NCBI RefSeq assembly: GCF_009914755.1 | Contig: NC_060934.1 | Length of the DNA: 64,000 bases | Source: the human T2T-CHM13v2.0 reference genome, Homo sapiens | Strand: one strand, 5' to 3' | Shown here: in pieces, positions 1 through 10,735 of the stretch | How positions within the stretch are numbered: position 1 is the first letter of the stretch | Layout of the letters: the number at the start of each line of letters is the position of its first letter | Translations under genes and position numbers: made by a program | The notes under the pieces: generated by a model | The model's database searches: none | What the model was told of the DNA's origin: nothing | Seen by the model: the letters and a program-made list of their open reading frames with translations, nothing else

Positions 1-153
1 TAGCTGTGGGTTTGTCATATATGTCCTTTATTGTGTTGAGATATGTTCCTTTTCACACCTAATTTGTTGATGATTTTCATCATGAAGGGATGTTACCTTT
101 AGTCAAATCCTTTTGTTGACGTTGATTGAGACGATCATATGGTTTTTCTCCTT
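1..153 (-). mobile_element. Old L1 (L1M-type) ORF2 fragment
   Basis: Matches the antisense L1 motif tagctgtgggtttgtcatat...catgaagggatgtt...gatcatatggtttt. Confidence 0.75.
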
Positions 154-464
154 GCAGAGTCTCATAGGAGTCCTCAGTGAAATGCAAGACAGCGCAGGTT
201 CCTGACAGCATCTCTCCATCCAGGCCAAGGCAGACTGGCCGTCTCACAGCTGGATGGGGACACAGATCGAGTTCTGGCAACTGAAATGTGAGTGGACTTA
301 AATGGGTCGCTTCTCAGCTAAGGCAATGGTAGTTCCCTCTTCTGGTGCATGGGCTGAGAGGGCCCCGTGTTCCAAGAGGCATAGCCACTGGTTGGTGAGG
401 GGCTGTGATACGTGAACAAGCATGGGCTTGAGGGACTGGGGAAAGGGAGCGATTAAGAAGTGCA

Positions 465-769
465 GGCCGGGCATGATGGCTCATGCCTGTAATCTCAGCA
501 CTTCGGGAGGCCAAGACGGGAGGATCACTTGAGGTCAGGAGTTTGAGACCAGCCTGACCAACATGGTGAAACCTCGTCCTACTAAAAATACAAAAATTAG
601 CCAGGCGTTGTGGCACACGCCTGTAATCCCAACTACTTGGGAGGCTGAGGCAGGAGAATCACTTGACTCCGAGAGGTGGAGGTTGCAGTGTGCCGAGATC
701 AGCCATTTCACTCCAGCCTGGGCGACAGAGCGAGACTCCATCTCAAAAAAAAAAAAAAAAAAAAAAAAA
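465..769 (+). mobile_element. AluS, full length
   Basis: ggccgggc start, two arms, A25 tail; TSD AAGAAGTGCA at 455-464 and 768-777. Confidence 0.95.
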
Positions 770-798
770 GAAGTGCAGCAATTAAGAATGAAGACATT

Positions 799-1260
799 GG
801 GCGTCCGGGCGAGGCTCGGGGCGCGAGGATCGCGCAGGGCAGCGGGTTCGCCAGCCGGGGGGAGGGGCCGGGGCGGTGGCGGCGGCGGCGCAGGAGGCGG
901 TGGCGGCGGGGGCTGGTACTGGACCCGGCGGGATGAGCGAGGTGGAGGCGGCAGCGGTGGCGACAGCGGTCCCCGCGGCGACGGTGCCCGCGACGGTGGC
1001 AGGGGTGGTAGCGGTGGTGGTACCGGTGCCCGCAGGGGAGCCGCAGAAAGCAGGCGGCGGGGCGGGCGGCTGCGGCGGGGACGGAGCCGCCTTGGACCCC
1101 GCTGCTGGGACCCCCTCGGCGCCGGGCCCCCGCACCCCTGGCAACCCGGCGACGGCGACCTCGGGAACCCCCGCCCGGAGTCAGGCGGACAAGCCGGTGC
1201 TGGCAACCCGAGTCCTGCCTGGGCACTGCCAAACGGTTCAACGTCCGGAGTGGTTACGGA
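799..1260. promoter_or_regulatory. CpG island imported by the YBX2 retrocopy
   Basis: Very high GC and CpG density, with GGC repeats. Confidence 0.75.
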
Positions 1261-1897
1261 TTCACCAACAGGAATGACGCCAAGGAAGATGTCTTCGTTC
1301 ACTGGACAGCTGTTAAAAGAAACAACCCCAGGAAGTTTCTGCGCAGCGTTAGAGATGGGGAGACTGTGGAATTTGATGTCGTGGAAGGAGAGAAGGGCGC
1401 AGAAGCCACTAATGTAACTGGGCCCAGGGCGGCGGGGGTGCCCATGAAGGGCACCGTTATGCCCCCAACCGACGTAGGTTCCGCTGATTCATCCCCGGCC
1501 TCCCTCAGTTGCCCCACCACCCATGGTGGCAGAGATCCCCTCTCGGGGGACAGAACCTGGCGGCGAAGGGGAGCGGGCCGAAGACTCTGGGCAGCGGCCC
1601 AGACGATGGCGCCCCCCACCCTTCTACCTACGGCGGTTTGTGCGAGGCCCCCGGCCCCCCAACCAGCAGCAGCCTATAGAGGGCACTGATGGGGTAGAAC
1701 CAAACAGACAGCCCCATTGGAGGGGCACCAACAGCAGGGAGATGAGTGGGTCCCCCCGCCCAGATTCCGGCCCAGGTACCTAAGGCCTTTACGCCCCAGG
1801 CCACCCCAGCAGCCTACCATGGAAGGTGGGGACAGTGATACCAAGCCCAGCCAAGGAAATTATTTTTTAAAAAAATTAAAAATAATAAATAATAAAA
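799..1897 (+). pseudogene. YBX2P1: Processed pseudogene of YBX2 (Y-box binding protein 2), frameshifted and 3'-truncated
   Basis: Intronless. ATG at 933 gives MSEVEAAAVATAVPAATVPAT...QADKPVLA. Cold-shock domain after a CCTG duplication (1214-1221), then further frameshifts. Coding homology ends at KPSQG (~1856), followed by an A-rich tail (1861-1897). 15-bp TSD AAGAATGAAGACATT at 784-798 and 1898-1912. Symbol from recalled locus. Confidence 0.93.
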
Positions 1898-1903
1898 AAG
1901 AAT

Positions 1904-2720
1904 GAAGACATTTATGCAGCCAACAAACATATGAAAAAAAGCTCATTATCACTGATCATTAGAGAAATGCAAATCAAAACCACAATGAGATACCATCTCA
2001 TGCCAGTTAGAATGGCGATCATTAAAAAGTAAGGAAATAACAGATGCTGGCGAGGCTGTGGAGAAATAGGAACGCTTTTACACTGTTGGTGATAGTGTAA
2101 ATTAGTTCAACCATTGTGGAAGATAGTGTGGTGATTCCTCAAGGATCTAGAACCAGAAATACCATTTGACCCAGCAATCCTATTACTGGGTATATACCCA
2201 AAGGATTATAAATCATTCTACTATAAAGACGTATGCACACATATGTTTACTGCAGCACTATTCACAATAGCAAAGACTTGGAACCAACCCAAATGCCCAT
2301 CAATGATAGACTGGATAAAGAAAATGTGGCACATATACACCACAGAATTCTATGCGGCCGTAAAAAAGGATGAGTTCATGTCCTTTGCAGGGACATGGAT
2401 GAAGCTGGAAGCCACCATTCTCAGCAAACTAACACAGGAACAGAAAACCAAACACAGCATGTTCTCACTCATAAGTGGGAGTTGAACAATGAGAACACAT
2501 GGACACAGGGAGGGGAACATCACACACCGGGACCTGTTGGAGGGTGGGGTCTAGGGGAGGGACAGCATTAGTACAAATACCTAATGCATGCAGAGCTGAA
2601 AACCTAGATACCAGTTTGATAGGTGCAGCAAACCACCATGGCACATGTATACCTATGTGACAAACCTTCATGTTCTGCACATGTATCCCAGAACTTAAAG
2701 TAAAATTTAAAAAAAAAAAA
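1904..2720 (+). mobile_element. 5'-truncated L1PA (end of ORF2, 3' UTR, poly-A)
   Basis: ORF 2243-2485 MFTAALFTIAKTWNQPKCPS...HSMFSLISGS is the L1 ORF2 C-terminus; L1PA 3' UTR; poly-A at 2709-2721. Confidence 0.95.
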
Positions 2721-3953
2721 AGTGCAGCCAAGCGTCACAGATTGGATCTTCTAAGTGTGTCTTTTAGGCAGAGCAGGGCATGTGGATTTATCTGCGTTAT
2801 CTCGGCTTTTCATTGAGGCTGCGGACACTCCTAAGCCTGCACAGTAGCGGCTTATTATCCAGACCCTCTGTCCCTTGGAACCCCAACCCCAGCCCTAGCC
2901 CAGCCCAGTAAATCTCCTTCACTGCCGGAGGGGCGAGAGCAAATGGAGAGGAGGAGAGAGAAAGCAAGTAAAGGAGACGAGAGGGCAGAAAGGACTCAAA
3001 GGCAAAGTGGACAGGGGAGGGGAAGGTCAGGGCCAAGCAGGATGAGCACCTGGGTCCAAGATGGAAATCCCAGACCTCAGCGTGTTGAACTAAGGCTGGG
3101 AAGGTGCTCAGATAACACAGGGAGGCCCTGGGAATAGGGCCAGGGGTGTCGGAGCCCAGCGGCCCCTGGACCTGTTCCATCCTGTTCCATCTAGGAATAG
3201 AATGGTTCAGGGAACAGGGATAAGCAGAGCCTGCCTGCATAGGACTACGAGGACACAGACGCAAGGCTTAAGGAGAGAAGAGAGGCAGAGAGGAGACGGG
3301 AGAGGCCAGGGAAGACAGAATGCTGGGGAGAAGTGGAGAAGGCAGAGGCAGGCAATGGTGAAAAAGGATAGGACCCTGGTGTGTTTGCAGACAGGCCCCT
3401 GATCCTGCTCCAGGAACTCCCCATCACTATCACGCCCACTTCCAAGGCCTCCCTGGGGATAGTGGTGGCTCCTTCCGAGGCCCTCCTCAACCGTCCACAG
3501 TCCTAGGAGGGGGCTTGAGAACAAAGTACAGCTGGCTCAGGACAAGGTTTTGTAAGGGTTCAGAAGAGAGGGTTGGGAAGGGGCAACTGTCCCAGGGTGG
3601 AAGGACTAGGAGGGCAGAAGGGTGGGGAGGAGGTGTCTGCGCACCTACCACTTCCAGCGGAGCTGCTGGGCGGCGCTCCTGAGAAGGCCGTGGGAAAAGC
3701 CCACAGACGGAGGAGCAGCTGGGCGCACCTCTGGGGGCCGCCACATTCACTCCTTTCCCGCAACTGGGCTTCTTCAGAACTACGCTCTTGATTGGCTGAG
3801 CTGAGACCCAGTCTTTCACCCTCCAACGCCCTCATCCCGGGGTCCCCCTTGGTGTCAGGAGTTCCCTAGCCAGGTGAGAGGTGAGCCGCGAAGCCAGGGG
3901 AGTGTCCAGCCGGCAGCCTGTCTCCGGAAGGCCGGGAGGGAAAGGCTTCCTGG

Positions 3954-3988
3954 CTGCAGTGTCCACATCGGCCACCAGGGGGCAGCGC
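3954..3988 (+). promoter_or_regulatory. CTCF binding site with upstream module
   Basis: CTGCAGTGTCC upstream module followed by core GGCCACCAGGGGGCAGC (3970-3986). Confidence 0.7.
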
Positions 3989-5842
3989 AGGGCTGCCTTT
4001 TAGCGCCTCCTGGTCTCCAGTGAGCTGGTCCGCAGAACCCCAGGGGCGTGGGGACGGGGCTGCCACTCCCGGACCCGCCCCCTTCCACACCCTTCCCGCA
4101 GCTCCTCTGCAAAACGCCTCAGGAATTCAATCAGCTTGGGGAAAGTGGCGAGTTTTCAAAAGGCAATAAAGAGGCAGATCTATAAGGGCCCCTTGAAATC
4201 CTCCGTATTCTCACCCCGTTCAGAGGCTGGGGAAACTGAGGCTCAGAGAGGTTAAATTGCTTGCTTAAGATCGTCCAGCTCTTTCTCTGGCCCCCCAGTT
4301 CGGTTCTCTCTCCAGACATCCACTGCCTCCGCATCAGGAACATCGCTCCACTGCTGCATATCTGGGGATAGGGATGGAGGAATCCGGGCAGCCATCATGG
4401 AGGAAGCAGCAGCACTTGAACTTGGCCTTGGGGTGGGGTAAGAGGCGGACTCAGTTGAACAATGTGGGGGTGGGCACTCCTGGTGGAGTCACCTCGTGGG
4501 CAAAGGCAGGAGGCAGAGGCCTGGGGTCCCGGGAGGCAAGTGGTTTCTTAGGAGAAGTAGGAAGATAGCGGGGATAGGAAGTGTACCCATATCCCGAGGT
4601 CCTTGCAGGCTGCCCAGGTCTCTGCCTTTAGAATTGCGGGGTGGCTCGGCCCAGGAATTTTCCTGAATTCCATTATGCTGAAAGCGCAGAGTATGGCAGG
4701 AGACCTCCTGATTATCTCATGTGGAGGTGGGAGTAAGCAAATAGTCTCCCCCGCCACTGGGGCACGAGCCAGCTGCCCCTCCGCGGCCGGGAGCCCAACC
4801 CTGGGGAAGAGAGCAGCCACGCCCCATTCCTCCACCGTGACTCGAACCTTCAGCTGCTGGAGCCCCTGGCCACCGGGGCCCCGTATTGACCTCAGAATTG
4901 GCCGCGTCTGGGGCGGCTCGAGGTTCCTGGGCTCTGAGCAAGCGTCAGCCTGTGAGGTGGAAGGGCCCAGGGCACAGCCGGTCCCATCTGCTCAACAGCG
5001 CCTGCGAAGAGCCCCATGGCCAGCAGCACACTCAGCTCGGCTCTGGCCTGCAGGGGGATGTGGGACAGGGAGGGGATGCAGTGAAGGCAGCGGTGGAGCC
5101 CAGGACGGAGTTTCTGTCCCTGGGAGTCTGGGCACACAGTGGGTCGCAGGGGAGGAGGAGGCCCTGCTGTCCTGGCATTGCTGTTGCTTCCACAACCTGA
5201 AGATGGCACCCAACCCTGACCTCAGCCCTCCCTACCTGCAGCAGCTCGGTCTGGCCTCCCAGCCCCAGACCATGTCTGAAGTCATTGAGTCCACACGGTT
5301 CCACCGCCTCCTTGGAAACCCTTTTCAGAGACTCAGAGTTGAGAAGCTGAAGCTGGGACTCGAGCTCTGGGGACCAGCAGACCTGAGATCAAGGACCAGC
5401 TCTTCTCCTTACTAGCTGAGGGGACTGAGCCCCAATTCTCCCACCTTTATAATGGCGGAACCAGAATAAAGATAAAACCTCCTCCTGGGGTTGCAGTGAG
5501 GATCTAATGAGACACGAGGAGACGCCCCAGCACAGGGCGTGGCACTCACCCTGTGTTCAATCATAGCTGGCCCTGTTATGACCGTTTTCATCCCCTTTAC
5601 CATGGATGGCCTCTCATCTGGCCATTGCAGGTGACAGGTGTGTCCATGTCCCCTAGACATCCTGGGCGTGCTCAGCTCTCCTGGCTTTCAGCCGTTTGGC
5701 AAAACACCCTCCAGCTGATCTTGTATTTACCACAAGTCAATTGTGTTTGCCCCCGAGCCTTTTTCATGCCAGCTGTTCTTGATATTATGAAGGCACAGGT
5801 TAATTAAATATCATATAAGCTAGCAAGTTTTCAAACTAGTTG

Positions 5843-6180
5843 GGTTTGTTTGTTTGTTTTCAGAGGTGGGGTCTTGCTCTGTCCCCCAGGCTGGAGTGCA
5901 GTGGCATGATCACAGCTCACTGCTGCTTCAAATTTTGGTGCTTAAGTGATCCTCCCACCTCGGCCTCCCAAGTAGCTGGGACCACAGGTGTGTGCCACCA
6001 CATTCTGCTAATTTTTATTTATTTATTTATTTATTTACTTACTTACTTACTTACCTACTTTGTAGAGACAGGGTCTCACCATCTTGCCCAGGCTGGTCTC
6101 AAACTCCTGGGGTCAAGGGATCCTCCTGCCTCGGCCTCCTAAAATGCTGGGATTAAAGGTGTGAGCCACCATGCCCAGCC
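5843..6180 (-). mobile_element. AluJ with (TTTA)n/(CTTA)n microsatellite in the middle A-rich linker
   Basis: Antisense Alu arms; ttta/ctta repeats at ~6015-6060. Confidence 0.9.
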
Positions 6181-6513
6181 TCAAACTGTTTAAAGATTCC
6201 TTTATACTCTTAAAAATCATTGAAGATCCCAAACAGCTTTTGTTTCAGTGGCTTGCATTGATTGATATTGACTATCTTCAAAATTAAAGATGAGAGACTT
6301 TCAAAGCACAGAGACACACAAGCACGCATTCCGTCGGCTGTCAGAGGCCAGGGCTGGGGGCTGGGGGCTCTGAAAATCTTTATTTGTACCTTCTGGAGAA
6401 AATGAGAGCATCAAGGGCAAACAACATCTCAGTTTGACCGTGAAAAGAATTTGGACTTTGGATTCCCTGAAAGGGTCGCAAGTGGTCCCTGGGCCACTCT
6501 CGGAGAGCCACTG
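6181..6513. mobile_element. hAT-Charlie-like DNA transposon remnant (interrupted by the Alu)
   Basis: actcttaaaaatcattgaagatcccaaacagcttttgttt and terminal ...ctgaaagggtc...gccactctcggagagccactg motifs. Confidence 0.5.
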
Positions 6514-7139
6514 AGGGAAGCTGATGAAATATTAATGCAGAAAGGGAGCTGCTCCCTGAATGCTAGGCTGGAAGCTTTGGAAAGTCCCAGCACAGATGAG
6601 GGTAATGATTTGGGGAAAATAATCACACAAATAATGAAGGACTCTGCCTCGAGATTGCCTTGCAAGCGCCTTCCAGTTCTCATGTCCCTTTAGAAACACT
6701 GAAACCAGAAATCAGTGCTGATTCACTGCTCTGTGGTTTCTGCCACAGAGATGACCCAGAGCTCCAATCAGTGGGCTCATGCTCAGAGAAAAGGTTTTGG
6801 CTCCATACCAAAAGGCAGACAAATAGATGTGCTGTACTTCACATATTTGAAGTAAAAATAAAATGTTTAAGAAATGTCTATGTGGTTAAGTAGGACTTCC
6901 CCACCCATCTAACTTGCCCAGCTAACGCTGCAATTACGGATGTTGCAAGAACGTTGACTCGACCCAGCCTTCCCCTGCTACGGTAAATGTCCCTCACCCC
7001 TCCACCCTCAGGCTGGACACCAGCTCCAAGTCTAATCCTTGTCTTTGACCATTTGGGGCTTGACTTTGCCTTTGACCTTGCCTCCATTGCCTGCCACATC
7101 CTTCAGTTAGTGACAAGCACAAGATGGGTCAGATTTGGT

Positions 7140-7235
7140 GGGTTCCAACACTGGGTCCAGTACTAAGTGTGTGACCTTGGAGCAGTCACCTAACCTCCCT
7201 GAGCCCCAGCTTCCTTTTCTGTAAAATGGGAAGTT
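7140..7235 (+). mobile_element. MIR fragment
   Basis: tgtgtgaccttggagcagtcacctaacctccctgagccccagcttccttttctgtaaaatggg (MIR core). Confidence 0.7.
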
Positions 7236-7711
7236 ACACATAAGCATACATATACCCCAGCTCTGTGGGTGCCGTCAGTAGTGATGTCACCATCCCATTG
7301 GTACAGTGCCTTTGAGATGGCCCTTCAGCCGTGCTTCCTACTCCCAGCCCCTGTGATCACTCACTTGGACCATAGAAGCCTCAGCCTTAGTCCTTCCATT
7401 TCCAGGCACTTCTACCTGCTCCAAATTAATGACCTAAATCCCTGCGCTAACCAATAATTCCTCTGCTCAGAAAATGTCAGTGTGGGAAGCTCAATACACC
7501 ACTAGTTCAACCAAAGGCATTTACCCTGAGACCCAAACCCTCTTTGACCTTGTGCCCACTTACCTGGGTGGCTTCACCTCCTACTGCTACAACAATCGTG
7601 CCTGAGGACCATTGCTGAGGTGACCTGCCCCCACCTCCAGGGTCCAGATGCCATGTGGAGGGTATTACATGCGTGAACCCTTATCGCCATAAGGGCCTGA
7701 GTCTGAGTGCA

Positions 7712-7830
7712 TACCCATTCTGCAGATAAGAAAACAGAGGCTCAGTAGCATCAAACCCTCTGCCTAAGGTCACACAGAGGACAATGGCAGAGCCAGGATT
7801 GTAGTCCAGGTCTCCCTGACTCCAAAGCCC
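7712..7830 (-). mobile_element. MIR fragment
   Basis: cccattctgcagataagaaaacagaggctcag...aaggtcacacag...ggcagagccaggatt. Confidence 0.7.
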
Positions 7831-8162
7831 AGAATGTTCGTATACTCCTTTCCGGAGGCACTGAGACCTTCCCTGCTCTTTTGGCCTTCCCTGCTCCCTG
7901 CCCCTGCTCACCCCAGCCCCTCCTCTCGGCATGCCTGCCCACCTTTCTAGATCCTGCCAGTCTTTAGGGCTCAGCTTAACGCCACCTCTTTCCTGATGCC
8001 ATCTGGGTCACAGCCCCCATGCACCCTGCAGACCTCTCCTCTGCTGGAGGTTCTGACATTTGCACAAGGCCTGCATTCTTCTAGGCTCTCCCTGTTCCTT
8101 CCTTAGGAAAGTGAGCCTGGCCCTTACGGTGAGGTCCTCTTTCCCTGCTTCACACTCCAGAG

Positions 8163-8643
8163 CGGCAGGCCCCAACTTTTTGGCACCAGGGACCAGTTAC
8201 ATGGAAGACAGTTTTTCCACAGTTTGGTGGGGGGGATGGTTTGGGATGATTCAAGCTCATTACATGTATTGTGCACTTCATTTCTATTATTACTATACTG
8301 AAATACGTAATGAAATAATTCTACAACTCACCATCATGTAGAATCAGTGGGAGCCCTGAATTTGTTTTCCTGCAACTAGGTGGTCCCATCTGGGGGTGAT
8401 GGGAGACAGCAACAGATCTTAGATTCTCGTAAGGAATGTGCCACCTAGATCCCTCACATGCACAGTTCACAATAGGGTTGGAGCTGCTATGAGAATCCAA
8501 CGTTACCACTAGGAGGTGGAGCTCAGGTGGTAATGTGAGCGATGGGGAGCAGCTGTAAATAGAGATGAAGCTTTGCTTCTCACCTCCCGCTGTGTAGCCC
8601 AGGACTGCTACTGGCCCATGCCCGAGGGGTGGGGGATTGCCTG
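8163..8643. mobile_element. MER1A (hAT-Charlie) DNA transposon
   Basis: ccccaacttttttggcaccagggacc... body, degenerate TIRs, 8-bp TSD ctccagag (8155-8162) / ctctacag (8644-8651). Confidence 0.85.
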
Positions 8644-8892
8644 CTCTACAGCATCATCACACATGCCTTTGCCCCATCTAAGTTTGTTGAGTGAGTATTA
8701 TGTGCAGTCACTGATTCAGGCTCTGAGGCTGCAGCCATGAACAGAGTTCCCACCTCAAGGAGCGGAGGTCCCTGATGGGCAGAGGGCTGCTGAAGCAGCA
8801 GCAGACACACAGATGGTCCAGTCTCAGGTGACAGCTGTGAGCAAATCAAGCAGGGAGGCTGGCCATGCAGGAGAGGTATTATTTTGTGTAAG

Positions 8893-9274
8893 TGGTCAGG
8901 GAAGGGACCGTAGTGAGGCGAAGGCACTGGCCTGGCCAGGGTCAGGGAAGGGACCGTAGTGAGGCGAAGGTGCCGGCCTGGCCAGGGTCAGGGAAGGGAC
9001 CGTAGTGAGGCGAAGGTGCCAGCCTGGCCAGGGTCAGGGAAGGGACCGTAGTGAGGCGAAGGTGCCAGCCTGGCCAGGGTCAGGGAAGGGACCGTAGTGA
9101 GGCGAAGGCACTGGCCTGGCCAGGGTCAGGGAAGGGACCGTAGTGAGGCGAAGGTGCCGGCCTGGCCAGGGTCAGGGAAGGGACCGTAGTGAGGCAAAGG
9201 TGCTGGTCTGGCCAGGGCCAGCGAAGGGACCGTAGTGAGGCGAAGGTGCCAGCCTGGCCAGGGTCAGGGAAGGG
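8893..9274 (+). repeat. 46-bp minisatellite, about 8.3 copies, embedded in L2-like sequence
   Basis: Unit gggtcagggaagggaccgtagtgaggcgaaggtgccggcctggcca; period 46 (8895, 8941, 8987...). Confidence 0.95.
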
Positions 9275-9607
9275 TGTGCCAGGCAGGGCACCCCAGGGTC
9301 ACAGGCCAGTACAGGGAAGGGCTTGGTGTGCTGAGCATGGCGGTGAGGTCAGCATAGCCAGGGCTGAGGTGAGTGCGGGCAGCTGAGGTCTCAGAGGTCA
9401 GCAGGGCAGGGTAGAACCCAGGGAGGGCCTCGAGGGCCATGAGCAGGTCTTGGCCTTTTATCCTAGGTGTGTTGGGGGGTTGGGGAGGGTTTCAAGGAAG
9501 AGAGTGACATGGTTTGAAGGACTGCAGGGGAAAAGTGACAGTGGAGGTGCCAGGAGGGCCTTGGCCCCGGCTCTCACCACCATGCGGGAGTGGTGCGGGG
9601 GTGGGGG

Positions 9608-9956
9608 GTGTTGAAGCATAGGTTTCACTGTTATTCGGGTAAAGTGAGACCAACAGCTCAGAAGATTGTCTTTAGCCGGGCTCAGTGGCTCATGCCTATA
9701 ATCCCAGCACTTTGAGGAACTGAGGTGGGTGGATTGCTTGAGCCCAGGAGTTCAAGACCATCCTAGGCAACATAGCGAAACCCTGTCTCTACAAAAAAAT
9801 ACACAAAGTTAGCTGGGCATGATAGCAGGTGCCTTTAGTCCCAGCTACTCAGGAGGCTAAGGTGGGAGGATCACCTGAGCCCTGGAGGTTGAGGCTGCAG
9901 TGAGCCGAGATGGTACCACTGCACTCCAGCCTGGGCATCGGAGTGAAACCCTGTCT

Positions 9957-9993
<37 letters not shown>

Positions 9994-10460
9994 TTGCCTT
10001 TGGCACAATGGTTTGTTACTCACAGTTCCCAAGAGGAAGAGACACACCGGGCTATGTGGGGCCACTGGGAAGCACCGAGGGGAGGAGGCAGAGAGAGCCC
10101 TGGGGAAATGGTGAGCCAGAGCCTTTGCTGTGGTTTTCACAGGAAGAAATGGACAAACAGCAACTGGGCTATGCAGGGCTAGAGCTGAGTTTGAATAATT
10201 TTATGGGGCTCAGAGTGTCTGGGCTTCCAAGTTTCTGGCCCCTGGCCCGCGGGGCGACTGGGGAGCTGCATTGCCCACTGCAAGTGCTCAGGAAGGGAGA
10301 TGGTCGGGGTGGGCTGGGATTGGCCGTTTTGCACACAAAAGGTGTGCTCCAAGTGCCTCTATATCTAGGGGTTAGCTAGTCCCGAGAGGGCAGTCCTTCC
10401 CAGGCCAGCAAGATGTCAAAGGATCATAAAATACAGAAAATAGTCAACCAAACTAATACA
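9608..10460. mobile_element. ERVL-type solo LTR (MER76-like) interrupted by an Alu
   Basis: TG...CA ends; gtttgttactcacagttcccaagagg and gtcaaag...aatacagaaaa motifs. Confidence 0.55.
9674..9990 (+). mobile_element. AluJ
   Basis: Two arms, long A tail, TSD aagattg(t/c)cttt at 9662-9673 and 9990-10001. Confidence 0.93.
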
Positions 10461-10555
10461 AGAGTGGTCAAGATGAGGGGGCAGAGCCGGGAGAATGGTG
10501 GATCCTATGAGGCAGGATCCACCATTGGTCTCCTTACTATGACCAAGTGAGATCA

Positions 10556-10735
10556 CCTTACTATGGTCCCTTCCCTGGCCCTGGCCAGACCAGCACCTTT
10601 GCCTCACTATGGTCCCTTCACTGGCCCTGGCCAGACCAGCACCTTTGCCTCACTATGGTCCCTTCCCTGACCCTGGCCGGGCCGGTGCCTTTGCCTCACT
10701 ATGGTCCCTTCCCTGATCACTTACACAAAATAATA
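10556..10735 (-). repeat. Inverted copy (about 3.5 units plus unique flank) of the 46-bp minisatellite
   Basis: Reverse complement begins tattattttgtgtaagtgatcagggaagggaccatagtgagg..., matching 8877 onward. Confidence 0.92.

Noticed and set aside
535-1417. Long ORFs of 255 aa (-) and 284 aa (+) spanning the Alu and the YBX2 retrocopy
   Set aside because: Alu-derived sequence, poly-K/F from the A tail, and alternative frames of stop-poor GC-rich pseudogene sequence; not a coherent gene
2243-2485. 80-aa ORF
   Set aside because: C-terminal remnant of L1 ORF2 in a truncated element
4603-5415. 270-aa ORF on the plus strand
   Set aside because: Non-ATG start, no recognisable domain, GC-rich composition; expected by chance
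8893-9274. Regular repeats (also 43711-44872 and 20146-20368) considered as CRISPR-like arrays
   Set aside because: Head-to-tail units with no unique spacers, eukaryotic context, no cas genes
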